A DNA stretch of 64,000 nt from Octopus bimaculoides (lineage: Eukaryota): the NCBI RefSeq assembly GCF_001194135.2, contig NC_068982.1, forward strand, positions 110,559,312 to 110,623,311. Direction: 5' to 3'. A program made the translations under genes and the position numbers. Shown here piece by piece: positions 13,820 through 26,536 of this stretch (position 1 is its first letter; each line of letters begins with the position of its first letter). The notes beneath the pieces are model-generated. The model saw only the letters and a program-made list of their open reading frames with translations. It did no database searches and was not told the origin of the DNA.

Positions 13820-13974
13820 ACATCCATTTGCTGTTTTTTTCCATTTAATATTCCGAAGTGCATCCGTTGTTGCTTATCTCTTTTGTGGTTGGTTCAGTTC
13901 AAGCTTTATTGCAAGTTTTGTTGTCATTGTCATCTTTTTATCCATGGATTTCTGGACTGTGAAAAATATTACAG
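13820..13974 (+). CDS. TVP23: TVP23 coding exon 2 ([51 protein letters not shown])
   Basis: Polypyrimidine tract plus ccag acceptor, GT donor at 13975. HP..FHL.FR and [10 protein letters not shown] are hallmark TVP23 motifs. Confidence 0.95.
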
Positions 13975-15283
13975 GTATTGACATTTAAAAAAGCTTTTTT
14001 AATGTTTTTTTTTAATATCTAATATGTTTTCTAAATGTTAAATTGAGGTTATTATTTTAAGGCAAGTTTAAGAATGACAACAGAATATTCACTGTTGGAG
14101 GGGTTCAGTATTAAGAGTAGAGTCAAATTTACTGTCAAGTTTATGTTGACTAGTAAGTGTTGTATTTATTGTGGCTTTATCAGAAGGAAACTAATTTATC
14201 AAGAGTTTGCTTATACCATAGGACAAGAGGCAAGACCCTAGTGTGGTGAGATTGCAAAATGGTTTTGTTAGCTGTTTGGAGCAATTTCACTTGTGGTGTC
14301 TATGCTCTTGGCAGCCATGCCATTAGTATCACACCACCACTACCACCACCACCCTATCCTTGGGTGCCTGTAGCAGAGACCACTCTAAATGCAAGAATTC
14401 AGACCAGATCTCCAGTTTGGTAATAACTCTTGTGTTTTGGCTTATCCTCTTCCCTACTAATACCAGATTTGGGTGCTTCCTTTTATCCTCTGACTAAGCC
14501 ATAAAAAAAAGAAGATAATAACTTTTCATTTCCCATTTAACATATAGGGCCTGTGGGCTTATTAATAAAATAAAATGATATATTGCTTTTATTAGAGATG
14601 TGTGAAGAATTGATAAAGTCACTTCTCAGGATGCTGAGCCTCATTAAATGTTGTTGATTATTGTTGTTGTTGCTACTACTTGTTATTATTGTTGCTGTTG
14701 CTGCTATCTTGAAGAACCACTAGAGCTCTTATGGTTCTTTACATTTCTGAGTTCACATCTCACCAAGATCAACTTTGTGTTTCATCGTCTGGGGATTGAT
14801 ACCTGTCAAATGATATCAACTAACCTCTACCCAGAATTTCTATATAAATTTGGAGAGTTACAACATGTGTGGATGAATTGCTATTTAGGTGGACTAGTCT
14901 AGTGCCATGAAGGATCACATCAGCCTGATAATTATCTAAAACTATAAATGACTGAAGACTGTCAATTAATTAGTTAAACGGGAAAGATGAAGGGAAATAG
15001 AAAGTCTGACTGGTAGTGCTTAGATGTAGTAACTTGGTAAGGACTTTCATAGAAATATAAATTATAAAAAAGGCAGATTAGCTGACTTCCAAACTAGAGA
15101 TTGTGTATGTTACTTTTTAATGTTTTTGATCATGTAAATATAATCTCATTGTCAATTAAAGATGTTGAATGAGTTCATTGAATGAGTACTTTGTATACAC
15201 CATACAAAAACATCTCTTCCTTATCTGATTACTCTATAACATTCACTGAAATATTTCCCTAGTATTTTCCTTTCATCACTTAG

Positions 15284-15436
<153 letters not shown>

Positions 15437-15439
15437 TAG

Positions 15440-15821
15440 AAAATTTTTATGATCACATAACCCCTAACATTTGGCCTCCTAGTTCTCCAGATCGCAATCC
15501 ATTGGACTATTACATGTGGAGCATTGTTGAGAGAGAGGTCAAAGAACACGCCCATAACACCAAAGATTCTTTGAAAGCTGCCATAGTCAGAGTAATGTCC
15601 AAAATGAACCAGGACCACTTGATTCAAGCACGTAGATGATTTAGATCTCATGTAGAAGCAGTTGTTGAAGCTGAAGGTGGCTTTATTGAATAACATTATA
15701 GAAAAGAAGGTTTATTTTTACCCTCCTAGCATTTTTTGATAAATAAAGTTATTATCTGTTATTATATATCTGTTTTTTTTTTATAAGCATAAATCTGTTC
15801 TCAAATATCTTACACACCCTG
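15440..15821 (+). mobile_element. 3' half of a maT/DD37D-like transposon in TVP23 intron 3
   Basis: ENFYDHITPNIWPPSSPDRNPLDYYMWSIVEREV...VEAVVEAEGGFIE*. Ends in the TIR CACCCTG-TA. Confidence 0.85.
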
Positions 15822-16261
15822 TAATTCATTGTTTCTAAACTTATAAACTAGACAAGAAATTTAGTCTTGTCATTCTGTAGACATGTCACCTAAATGGTAT
15901 GAATTCACCATAACTAGCAGTGTCGCTGTATAGAGACTCCAGATAGGTATAGTGCTGAAATACCACCAATACCACTCTTCACAAGTGGTTTTTCAACAGT
16001 AAAAACACTATTGCCACTCTTTAGACACTCCTCATAAATGGTATCTTAACACCTTAACTAGCAATGCCACTCCATACAGGTGGTATATAATGGTATTTTA
16101 ACCCCTTATCTATACCTGCCACTCCACATAGGAGGAATTCTAGCACCATTTTTAACAATGTCACTCTGTAGATATTTTACAATCTTAACTACCTACCACT
16201 CCACATTGGTGTTATTTCAGCATAATAGCGAGTGTCACAGTTTAGAATCTTGTATTATATT

Positions 16262-16886
16262 GTCATTATCATCATCATCATATGGCTGTTGTCCATGCTG
16301 GCATGGGTTGGATGGTTCAACCAGGACTGGCAAGCTGGAAAGCTGCACCAGACTCCAGTCTGATTTGGCATGGTTTCTATGGCTGGATGCCTTTTCTAAC
16401 ACCAACCACTCCAAGAGTGTAATGGGTGCTTTTCCGTGCCACCGGCACAGGTATCATTTGCATGACACCAGTATCTGTCACAACTGCGATTTTACTTGGC
16501 CTGATGGGTCTTCTTCTCAAACATGACATAATGCCAAAGGTCTTGGTCATTGGTCGTTGCCTCCATGAAACCCAACACTCAAAAGGTGCTTTTCACATGC
16601 CACTTGCATCAGCCACTTTGCCCAACGCTGAAAGGTGATTTTTATATGCCATTGGCATGGGTGCCAGTTATGTGACACCAGCATCGGCCATGACTATGAT
16701 CTCATTTGGCTTGACGTGTCTTCTCAAGTACAGTATATCGCCAAAGGTCTCAGTCGCTAGTCATTGCCTCGGTGAGGCCCAAAGTCTGAAAATCATGCTT
16801 CACCACCTCATCTATCTCCACCACAAGTTCCCTCCATGGTTAGAGATTGGCATTTCTTTACACAGCTGTCCTCATCCAAAATTCTA
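16262..16886 (-). mobile_element. 5'-truncated RTE LINE (ORF2 C-terminus, 3'UTR, (GAT)n tail)
   Basis: Minus strand encodes DEDSCVRNAN...DEVVKHDFQTLGLTEAMTSD*DLWRY. (CAT)n-initiated 3'UTR shared with the other copies listed. Confidence 0.8.
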
Positions 16887-16974
16887 TATGATGAGGTTAA
16901 TATTTAATAATTTTTTTATAATCCTTCATCTCTAAATTGTGAAAATGTAAAATGTTTATTTTCTGTCCCAACAG

Positions 16975-17100
16975 GGATCTTCCAAAAGCAAAGTAACAGC
17001 TGTGGAATCCAGAGTGTTCTGGTTGTCTCTTGTATCTTGCCAAATAATATGGATTGTGCTATTTTTTGGAACTATCTTCACACTCAACTTTGAGTGGTTT
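16975..17100 (+). CDS. TVP23: TVP23 coding exon 4 (GSSKSKVTAVESRVFWLSLVSCQIIWIVLFFGTIFTLNFEWF)
   Basis: acag acceptor, GTAAGT donor at 17101, 126 nt, phase 0-0. ESRVFW motif followed by a hydrophobic TM segment. Confidence 0.93.
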
Positions 17101-17314
17101 GTAAGTATCAATTTGAAATTAACAGCTACTTTTCATCTATATTAATGTGTTATTGGAATTTGTTCAAACTAATGAGACAGCCACTACCTTGTTGATCAAG
17201 CAGTTATAAATAGCATCCCCCCCCCCTACTTATTCCTGAAAAGATAAGATGGCAATGGCTAGAATGCCTTTGGTCATGGCTGAATAATAACTGGCAGTTG
17301 TTACATTGATTTCT

Positions 17315-17368
<54 letters not shown>

Positions 17369-17439
17369 TCTTAGTTGATTCTTGCTTTCATGCCTCATAT
17401 GTTTAAACAGTAAAGCTGTTACCATGATTCCTCTCATTT

Positions 17440-18860
17440 AGACATAGATCATCTTAGATATCCTTGTACATCTGAATTCTAACTTCTCTATTTGCCTACC
17501 ATGCCCCTACATATCTTGTGTGTCTGTAATCCATATTGGCTATGCTAGATGGAATTTCTACCCGCTCCTTTTCTGCATATTGAATCTAACTATTACTGAT
17601 GATAGCTTCTTTCTGCATTTACTTTGAGATATCCCTATTCTAAATTCTGCTCTCAAGTCTGGAATTTCTTTTCTAAACCTATTACAGATTACTTATGAGA
17701 ACTAACTCCCTTGTTATGACCTGGATAAATATAACAAAGAGGCGGGAGATGAGGATTAGTCCTGAGGAATTCCTACCTGCATGCTAAACTCTTTGTTGGC
17801 AGAATCCCTGTACATGACTTGAATGGCCCTTGCAAGCTATTTATCTACTAGTTTCCTTGGCATCACCAGTTTGCAGAGCATAGAACCTGGTCAAAGATCT
17901 TCTCCAAGTCAACAACTGCTTGGTATAGGGGTTTACTCATAGTACTTTGGCAGTTAACTTACTAGAAAGATAGAATCAATAGTACCTCTTCTTAGTACGA
18001 AGCCGAACTGTCTCATCTTGGTTAATTCTCTTCCTAATCAGTTCAGTTACTACTCATTCCATAATCTGGTCCAGTAATTTGATACCTATGGAATTTCTTC
18101 TCTTTAGTACATCTTTTCTCTTGTAACAGTTGGCAATAATGATACTATACCATTTATTGAGTATGACACCTTCCTGTAGTGATTGACTATGAGAATAACT
18201 ATCCTATGCCTAACTCCACCAGATATTTTAAGTACCTCAGTATGTATTCCTAATGAACCTGATGCTTTCCCTACCTTTATATTCTTAATCACTCTGTCTA
18301 CCATATTGTTGTCATCTCGAATGGTTTGTATCTCTGTTGGTCCAGTTTTAGGAGACCCTCATTTTTTCATGTATTCCCTTCATTCAACAACCTCTCAGAA
18401 AAGAATTTCCCTGTCTCTTTCTTTTTAATATCAATAAGAACGCTGTTATTGTTCATCCACACTTCTCTCCCATGTCTTGGTTCTCTCTGAGCACTTTGCC
18501 TTGCAGTTTGGAAACTTTACCTCTCCTATTCACACTGTAGAACATTTGGTGAATTTCTTACCTTCTGCTTCTTTCCTTGCTAAGTACACCTAACATCTAG
18601 CTTTTCTTATACTCGCTGCTACATTCTTTTTTCCATTCTTTCCAGGTCTGTCTCTTAGCTTTTAAGATTATTTCCACTGTACTGTCACCGTATGTCTAGC
18701 TGTAGTCTTACCCCAATAACCCACATATTGCCTTCTAGGAGCTTCTACTTGTCCTCTATATTACAAGTTTCCATCTCTTCCTCTCTTGTGGCAAATGTTT
18801 GAATTAGTTCTCTGAATCTCTGATTGCTCATTGACTCTTGAACTTTCTATATGTTCCTTC
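17440..18860 (-). mobile_element. Degenerate RTE LINE ORF2 internal fragment
   Basis: VDRVIKNIKVGKASGSLGIHTEVLKISGG, VGIPQG and LEKKFQT*EQNLE segments. Multiple stops; the YADD region appears deleted. Confidence 0.8.
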
Positions 18861-19086
18861 TCCATATTGAGTCTCTGAGTCCATCTAGCTCTTATTTCAA
18901 AGTACTAATCACTAAATTATGCTGTGTGGTACATTCTTTAAGATGGAACAGTCATGGCTGGAATGCTTTGATCATTAGGGCTCCTTGATCAGTAATTTTT
19001 CCTAAAGAGAATACAAGGAGATACTATATTGGTTATACCCTATTTCTTAATCATGACTTTTATCTGATTGGAACTCATTAATTTGA

Positions 19087-19670
19087 CTCTTTTACTTGTT
19101 TCAGTCATTTGACTGCGGCCATGCTGGAGCACCGCCTTTAGTCGATCAAATCGACCCCAGGACTTATTCTTTGGAAGCCTAGTACTTATTCTATCGGTCT
19201 CTTTTGCCGAACCGCTAAGTTACGGGGACGTAAACACACTAGCATCGGTTGTCAAGAGATGTTGGGGGACAAACACAGACATATACACACACATACATAT
19301 ATATANNNNNNNNNNNNNNNNNNNNNNNNNNNNNNNNNNNNNNNNNNNNNNNNNNNNNNNNNNNNNNNNNNNNNNNNNNNNNNNNNNNNNNNNNNNNNNN
19401 NNNNNNNNNNNNNNNNNNNNNNNNNNNNNNNNNNNNNNNNNNNNNNNNNNNNNNNNNNNNNNNNNNNNNNNNNNNNNNNNNNNNNNNNTATATATTACAT
19501 ATATACGACAGGCTTCTTTCAGTTTCCGTCTACCAAATCCACTCACAAGGCTTTGGTCGGCCCGAGGCTATAGTAGAAGACACTTGCTCAAGGTGCCACG
19601 CAGTGGGACTGAACCCAGAACCATGTGGTTGGTAAGCAAGCTACTTACCACACAGCCACTCCCGCGCCTA
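19087..19670 (-). mobile_element. tRNA-derived SINE, family 1 (full length, internal microsatellite in N gap)
   Basis: Reverse complement of the 56332 copy. A box TGGCTGTGTGG, B box GGTTCAGTCCC. Ends about 100 nt before TVP23 exon 5. Confidence 0.88.
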
Positions 19671-19768
19671 TTGACTGTTAACAGAAAATAATTTCAACAG
19701 CTTTCCTGTTTACTTACACACTATACTGTAAATTGGAATAAACTCTCAAAATATTTTATCTTTTCCAG

Positions 19769-19897
19769 ATGGTTGTGATTGTTGGTATTGTAATGAATGG
19801 TGCTAATCTTTATGGATATATCCGGTGTAAAATTGGTGCCAAGAAGTCCCTGCGAAGTGTAGCTTCCAATTTCTTAGGACAACATATTCTACAAACA
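19769..19897 (+). CDS. TVP23: TVP23 coding exon 5 (MVVIVGIVMNGANLYGYIRCKIGAKKSLRSVASNFLGQHILQT)
   Basis: ttttccag acceptor, GTAAGT donor at 19898, 129 nt, phase 0-0. Conserved ANLYGYIRC motif. Confidence 0.93.
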
Positions 19898-21001
19898 GTA
19901 AGTTGGTGATTTTAATTTCTTCTTTTCTACTGTTTCATAATGGCTGTGAGGCTAAGTTGCTTAACTTGTGAACTACATGGCCGATAACCTTGAGTTCAAA
20001 CTTTGTGGTTTACTTTTGAGCAAGGCCCTTAACTCTAGTTTTTCGCTTGCCTCAGACTTATTGGTCAACAACATTCTTAACTGTTTCACAGTAGACTAGT
20101 TAAAAAAGAAGAACCAGCTGTATATATATATAAAGAGAGAGAGAGAAAATCTCCAGCAATATGCAAATATTTAAATTTTTAAAACTGCACTGCTCATGAA
20201 AAAATAGTATTGAATGAGGATATGAGGTACCATTTAGTAGATAGCTGTATTATAACCATTGTAGACAGTATTAGAGTTGCACTATAACAAAAGGATGATG
20301 ATCATCACATTGAGTTAAGCTTGCTCAGATTTGCATCTCCCTGATCCTTCATCCACCTCTATCTTCCATGGCATGTGATAGTTCCTATCAGTGATGTCCA
20401 GTTATTTGATTGATGTTTGTCTTCACAGGGCAACAATTATATTGAGGTATCAAAAGCTCCCCCCTTACTTCTTCAGCAGTGTCCAACAAAGCAAGTTCTC
20501 CTTTTTCTAATTGTGTTTGATACTTAGTAAGCTTATCCCTCTTGGCGNNNNNNNNNNNNNNNNNNNNNNNNNNNNNNNNNNNNGGGGGGGGGGGGGGTTC
20601 TTTGCAGGACACATTCAAACTGGCACAGAGCATGCAAATGTAGATGCCATAGTTTCAAGCCTTTTGGTTAGTATCAAATGTGACTTCTACACAGAAGTTC
20701 CTTTTCAGATTCTCTGAAAGCTTAGATTTCTAAAGTATGCTGAAATTTGCTCAAATTTTGCTGATACTTAGCTTAACACCTGCACTATAGGTATTATGTT
20801 ATTCTTGAAGTTCATAAAAGAATTTACTGGTATTAATGAACTTTGTAAGAATTTACCAGTTTATTGGGCTTGACTATATCCTCTGAACTGTAACCCATTA
20901 GCACCTATGGTCCTTTTTTTAGGATCAGAAGGATAATCCATCATATTTCTGCAACACCTGTATTTTTCTGAGATATCTTTAGTCAGTCATCAAGACTGGA
21001 G

Positions 21002-21002
<1 letters not shown>

Positions 21003-21039
<37 letters not shown>

Positions 21040-21206
21040 GTTTAACGTCCACTTTCCATGCTAGCATGGGTTGGACGATTTGACTGAGGACCGGTGAACC
21101 AGATGGCTGCACCAGGCTCCAATCTGATTTGGCAGTTTCTACAGCTGGATGCCCTTCCTCATGCCAACCACTCAGAGAGTGTAGTGGGTGCTTTTACATG
21201 CCACCG
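21003..21206 (-). mobile_element. RTE LINE 3' end with (CAT)12
   Basis: (CAT)12-CGTTTAACGTCCACTTTCCATGCTAGCATGGGTTGG..., near-identical to 27849-28008. Confidence 0.8.
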
Positions 21207-22237
21207 GAGTGTCTTTCATATATTGTAATGAAATTTTTTTAATATATTTATTATCAGATAAAGTTGTTTAAAAAATAGATTTTGGGTAATAAATTAAAGA
21301 AAAAATTTGGGCACTAATGGGTTAATAAACCACAACTAGAAACATGGCTTTAACCTTACAAAATCAAGAAGTTCCAGATACTCAGCCTCTGTAATAACAG
21401 CAGTAGAGTATGCTGATGATTAAACTCTAATGTCAAATATAATTGCAGAAATCACTTCACTGGTTGGAAGATGCCATGGAAGGCATTGGTCTCTATGTTT
21501 ATATTAGAGGTATAGAATTCATTAGCTGTGTTATAACTATGGTAGTGAGTGTCAACACTCAGTTAATTAAAAATCTTTCTCAAGCCTCAATTATAACTGA
21601 GTCAGTTGATTAAAAGCTTTTCTGAAGTCTGCAGGTTCTTTAGACCAGAGCTTATTATGGTTTCTGAAGCATTCAGTGGCTGAAAATACAAGACGAATTC
21701 CTGGATAGCATACCAGTCCTTGGCAAGATCAGCTCCCAGCTGCTCATTTTTAGCTGAGTGGACTTGAGCTATGCCAAGTGAAGTGTCTTGTTGAAGGTTA
21801 GTTAGAATATACCTATAACTATGGTAGTGTTAAAAGTCAGTCAATATAACTTTATTATAACTATGGTAGTACAGGTCAGTTAGTATATAACTGATTTAAA
21901 ACTCTGGTGAGGTCAGCTTTTGCAGGCTAAAACTTTCCAGCTGTGTTCACTCTTGTTTTATTTTTTGAAATAATGTGAGATAACATTAACCAGTGTCATT
22001 CCAATTTTATTGGACTGTAGAGTGTTTTTTTAAGGAGATTTGACTGCTATTTCTAACAGGTCGTGCAACAACACAGAGGTATCAATCACTGATTTGTGAA
22101 GTTTACTGTTTACATGTTCACCGTCAGCCACTCATGCATTTATTTTGCTACCTTCTTTGTTTAATATATTCACCTCTTTTACATCCTTTGTTCATCACCG
22201 ACATTGTTGTTTACATGTTCATTTCTTTTATCTGCAG

Positions 22238-22321
22238 TTGAAAGGTTCAGTAACAAGCACTACAGAAACTACATCAGAAAATATGAATGAGAAGCCATCC
22301 GAGCCCAAATTTTCAATCTGA
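22238..22321 (+). CDS. TVP23: TVP23 terminal coding exon (LKGSVTSTTETTSENMNEKPSEPKFSI*)
   Basis: tttcttttatctgcag acceptor, phase 0, open to TGA at 22319-22321. Total CDS 645 nt = 214 aa. No conserved motif, so it is assigned by splice signal and position only. Confidence 0.7.
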   Translation: MKGSVTSTTETTSENMNEKPSEPKFSI

Positions 22322-23025
22322 TCCCGGAATACTGTTTACCTGAGAAGGCCTTACAAACCACTTCCATTTATGTGATCATGCCAGGACTTCATAGAACCTT
22401 TTACTTGTATATATTCGTTTTTGTTTTCTTTGGCAGGCTGGACAAAAAGCCGATCCATTCTAAATTTGAAATGGATTTTTGTTCTATTAACATAGAATTT
22501 TGACCATATTCATATTTAAAGTTGATTATATATGCATGTGAATGACTATTTGTTTGAATATATGAATGGATGTATGTATAAATGTATGTTTGTGTATGAA
22601 TTGATATGTGTGTGTATAAATATGTGTGTATATGCATATGGATATAAATTGTATAATTTATGTATTTATGATTGAAGTACATTATCTGTTTCTGTTTTGT
22701 TTTTAACTGAACTGCTTTTCAGTTTAACTTCTTATTTGGTTGCATATTAACACATCACATTCCTTCATGTTATTTAAACTGTTGTTTCTTGCGCTCATGG
22801 TACCCACATTTGGCCCTGCCCTGTAAAAAACAATAACACTTCCCATTTCAGTATATTATTGAACTGTTGTAATCTTTTTGATGCAATTCAACAGACAGTG
22901 TTGCAGTTGGCCAAGGTGGTAGTGTTCCAGCCTAAACACATTGTTGTATTCAAGTCTTGTCCTATTTGATTTCAAGTTCAACTCTTGTCATAGTTTACTT
23001 GACTTTTATCTTCCTGGGTACAAGA

Positions 23026-23044
23026 AATAAAATATATAAATAAA
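23026..23044 (+). terminator. Candidate TVP23 polyadenylation signals (AATAAA at 23026 and 23039)
   Basis: Two canonical hexamers about 700 nt after the stop codon. Usage is not verifiable from sequence. Confidence 0.3.
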
Positions 23045-23119
23045 AGAATGGTTCAGATTGCACCACTGTTGCAATTTATCCAATTAACTGTTCTTAGATG
23101 TTATCAATGTCACTTCTTA

Positions 23120-23320
23120 AGGTGGCAAGCTGACAGAATTGTTAATATTCTAGACAAAATGCTTAGTTGCATTTCATTCGTCTTTACAATCTGGGTTCAA
23201 ATTCTGCAGAGGCCAACTTTGCCTTTCATTCTTTTGGGGTTAATAAAATATCAGTTGAGAACTGGGGTCCATGTAATTGCCCACCCCTGTAATTTTAGGC
23301 TTTGTGCCTATAGCAGAAAG
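23120..23320 (+). mobile_element. tRNA-derived SINE, family 2, between the TVP23 and PTCD1 3' ends
   Basis: Same head (GGGTTCAAATTC B box) and GCCTTTCATTCTTTTGGGGTTAATAAAATATCAG core as the 8421 copy. Confidence 0.8.
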
Positions 23321-23901
23321 AATGTTTTCATGTTCTTTAGATGAGGTGATAATCATGATTACCCATCATATTATATGCCTCTTTAACATTTCAAAATGCT
23401 TGAGATACTACTGTCAACACTATCAGTCAGTGGTAGTAATAACAGTAAATTGTCATAAAGAAGACTACTTTTTTTTTTTTATGAATCAGTTGTCAGGAGT
23501 TCAAGATCTTCTCTTTGGTGTTATAATTGATGTTTTTCCTGATCATATTTCACTACATTGTTTCTTGAATGAAAGTCAGACATCTCTGAAAGACATTCTC
23601 CAAATAAAAACCTGATATCATTTGCTGATAAAGCAAGTGATGTAACCTTTTCATTCACTATTTTGACCATTCTGGTTGCAATAGACTTAAATATTGTGTC
23701 ATATTGAATGGTATGTTATCTGATGTGATATATCAACCCCTATTTTGTGGGCATATTTTTCTTCTAATTTTATCCAAGTCAAATATTTCTAGAGCTTTCA
23801 TACAAAAAGATGTATGCAAAATATATTATTAAAGAAAAAGAGGATGTCTTTTAGTTTGAATAAATTATCTTAAAACAACTGACTTAAGTACATCACTGTT
23901 A

Positions 23902-23907
23902 TTTATT
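23902..23907 (-). terminator. Candidate PTCD1 polyadenylation signal (AATAAA on -)
   Basis: TTTATT on +, about 140 nt beyond the PTCD1 stop codon. Confidence 0.3.
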
Positions 23908-24044
23908 TTAGTGACCTTAGTGTGATATCATAAAATAATTAAGCTGGTAATCTCTACCGAAACATGTCCATGAAGAGTAAGAAAGTGAAAACTCAGACAA
24001 AAAACAGCGAGTAAAAAACAAACATCTTTATACAGAATAAATGC

Positions 24045-24221
24045 TCAGCTTTCACTGTTTTGTACATCAGTTTCTTTTGGGTGCCGGAAATCTTCCCAAG
24101 GATGTTCTGGTTTGTCAAATCCAACTGACTTCAACCATTTTGGATAGAATTGCATGAAAGTCTTGAAGGATTCTTTAAAATAGGTGGTTTTGAAATATAA
24201 ATCAACCACATTTTTCTGTTC
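24045..24221 (-). CDS. PTCD1: PTCD1 terminal coding exon (EQKNVVDLYFKTTYFKESFKTFMQFYPKWLKSVGFDKPEHPWEDFRHPKETDVQNSES*)
   Basis: Polypyrimidine catcccag acceptor, TGA ending at 24045. F..FY.KWL......HPW..FR matches the PTCD1 C-terminus. Confidence 0.92.
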   Translation of the reverse strand, partial: EQKNVVDLYFKTTYFKESFKTFMQFYPKWLKSVGFDKPEHPWEDFRHPKETDVQNSES

Positions 24222-24415
24222 CTGGGATGTACACAAAAGGAAAATGTAATTTGAAGTAATCACACAATAAAACTGGAACAATTAAGTTTTCTGCTATTTT
24301 ATGTAAGTGAATTAAATTATAAGAAAATAAAATGGAGATGAAAAAATATGGTTTAATATTGATTTTGGTTTTGTTTATTGTAACTATATGTAGCAGGTGT
24401 GTGTATGTGTGTATA

Positions 24416-25092
24416 TCATCATCATTGTCGTTTAACGTCTGCTTTCCATGCTGGTATGAGTTGGACGGTTCGACTGAGGACGGGTGAGCCNNNNNNNNNN
24501 NNNNNNNNNNNNNNNNNNNNNNNNNNNNNNNNNNNNNNNNNNNNNNNNNNNNNNNNNNNNNNNNNNNNNNNNNNNNNNNNNNNNNNNNNNNNNNNNNNNN
24601 NNNNNNNNNNNNNNNNNNNNNNNNNNNNNNNNNNNNNNNNNNNNNNNNNNNNNNNNNNNNNNNNNNNNNNNNNNNNNNNNNNNNNNNNNNNNNNNNNNNN
24701 NNNNNNNNNNNNNNNNNNNNNNNNNNNNNNNNNNNNNNNNNNNNNNNNNNNNNNNNNNNNNNNNNNNNNNNNNNNNNNNNNGCAGTACTGGCAACAATCA
24801 CGCTCGAATGGTGCTTTTTACGTGCCACCAGCACAGGAGCCAGTCAGCGGCCCTGGCAATGATCATGCTTGGATGGTGCTTTTAACAATCCACTGGCATG
24901 AGTGCAAGTCAGGCAGTACTGTCATCGGCCACGTCAGCGATTTTGATTTCACTTGCTTTAACAGATCTTTAAAAGCAAAGTTTATTGTCCAATGAATGAA
25001 GGGTACTCATAAGTGGTCTGGTTATACACCACTGGCAGAGGCCACAGGTTATAGGCTCACTTGTCTTGTTGGGTCTTCTCAAGCACAGCATA
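24416..25092 (-). mobile_element. RTE LINE 3' end spanning an N gap (PTCD1 last intron)
   Basis: (CAT)n-CGTTTAACGTC start, with GGTGCTTTTTACGTGCCACC units after the gap. Confidence 0.75.
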
Positions 25093-25494
25093 TCTGAATA
25101 TTTTTTTGAAATGGAAGTTTGAGGAAAACGTTTATCCTTATGTCAATGACATGTGCAAAACTGGTTGCTTCAAGCTCATGCTTTTGATTTCATATCTGGT
25201 TCTCATGGTAATATCATAAACGTCATAAACTCAATACAAATGAAATCATGAAACTGCATTGCTGTTTAAGCAAGCCTTTTGATGATTTTAGTCATTGGAC
25301 TGCAACTATGAGGGAAAACTGTTTTTACTCATTTTATCAGACTTGTTTCAAATTAAGCTTTTTACTACTATTTTTCCATATCTATCATTAATAATGAAAT
25401 GTGAACAACAATGCCTTTATCTTGAAGAAATAATTTCGTCATATATTTCCTTACATTTCTTCCTCTTACTCCTATAAATTTACTAATTTGAAGA

Positions 25495-25857
25495 CGTAGC
25501 AGTGTGAACCCAACTACATGGTTCTGGGTTCATTCCCACTGTGTGGCAAGTGTCTTCTACTATAGCCTTGGGCCAACCAAAGCCTTGTGAGTAGATTTGG
25601 TAGACCAGAAACTGAAGGAAACCCATCGTGTGTATGTGTATGTGTGTATGTGTATGTGTGTGTGTTTGTGTCTTTGTCCCCCCACCACTGCTTGAAAAGA
25701 GGTGCTAGTGTGTTTATGTCCTTGTAACCTAGTGGTTCGGCAAAAGAGACCGATAGAATAACTACTAGGTTAAAAAGTAAGTCCTGGGGTCAATTTGTTC
25801 GACTAAAATCCCTCAAGGTGGTGTTCCAACATGGCTGCAATCACAAGAGTAAAAGAC
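25495..25857 (+). mobile_element. tRNA-derived SINE, family 1 (older copy)
   Basis: GGTTCATTCCCACTG...GTCTTCTACTATAGCC...AAGTCCTGGGGTCAATTTGTTCGACTAAA; same orientation as 56332. Confidence 0.85.
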
Positions 25858-26536
25858 TGTTTTGTACCGATGATATCCAATGAAACTGAAATAGCTGTTT
25901 GAGAATGTTAACGGCTGATTAAAAGAAAGAAAATTTAATCAAATTAATTGATATTTTTTAAATTTCTATTTCTAAAGGTAAAAATCACCCTACCTCAAAC
26001 TGGCAAGACTATTCTCTCTCGTCATAAGAGACGAATCGACTGAGAGATTCACATTTATTGACTGGTTTAGAATTTACTAGAGTGATGTCCCTTAGGAGAG
26101 TCAGCTCCCTTCTACGTCACGAATTTACAATGGTGTAAATAAGTACACATTGAACGTAGTCCTGGGCTCCCTACATATATGCAAAGCAGGATGATCGTGG
26201 TTGGAACGCTTTTGTTCCTATGTCTATTCAATGAGGAATGACTTTGGTTAAACAACAACACTACAGAATGCGAGCCAACGAAGCAATCTCTACGTAGCCA
26301 GTCAACCAGTAGACAAGGCCCCTGTCACACTTCACCATCTTAGAAAAAGTGTGTAGTACAGATTACATTGTCTCAGTAAAAGACCTGAAGGTCATGGTTC
26401 GAGTGCCTTTCATCATTGGTTTATTTGCCTTTTTCCTCTCATGATTTTCATAAAGAACAGAATAAAGTTTAGAAATCACATTGACTATATTCTTGAAGGC
26501 AATACCCCATCATTGCCATAATCCACTAAGTGAACT

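Noticed and set aside
15900-16215. CRISPR-like repeat/spacer reading
   Set aside because: The shared motif is only 6 nt, spacing is irregular, the context is a eukaryotic intron and there are no cas genes.
21532-21546. Resemblance of TAACTATGGTAG to the 28S rDNA homing-endonuclease/R2 site
   Set aside because: Only the first 7 nt match and there is no surrounding rRNA sequence.
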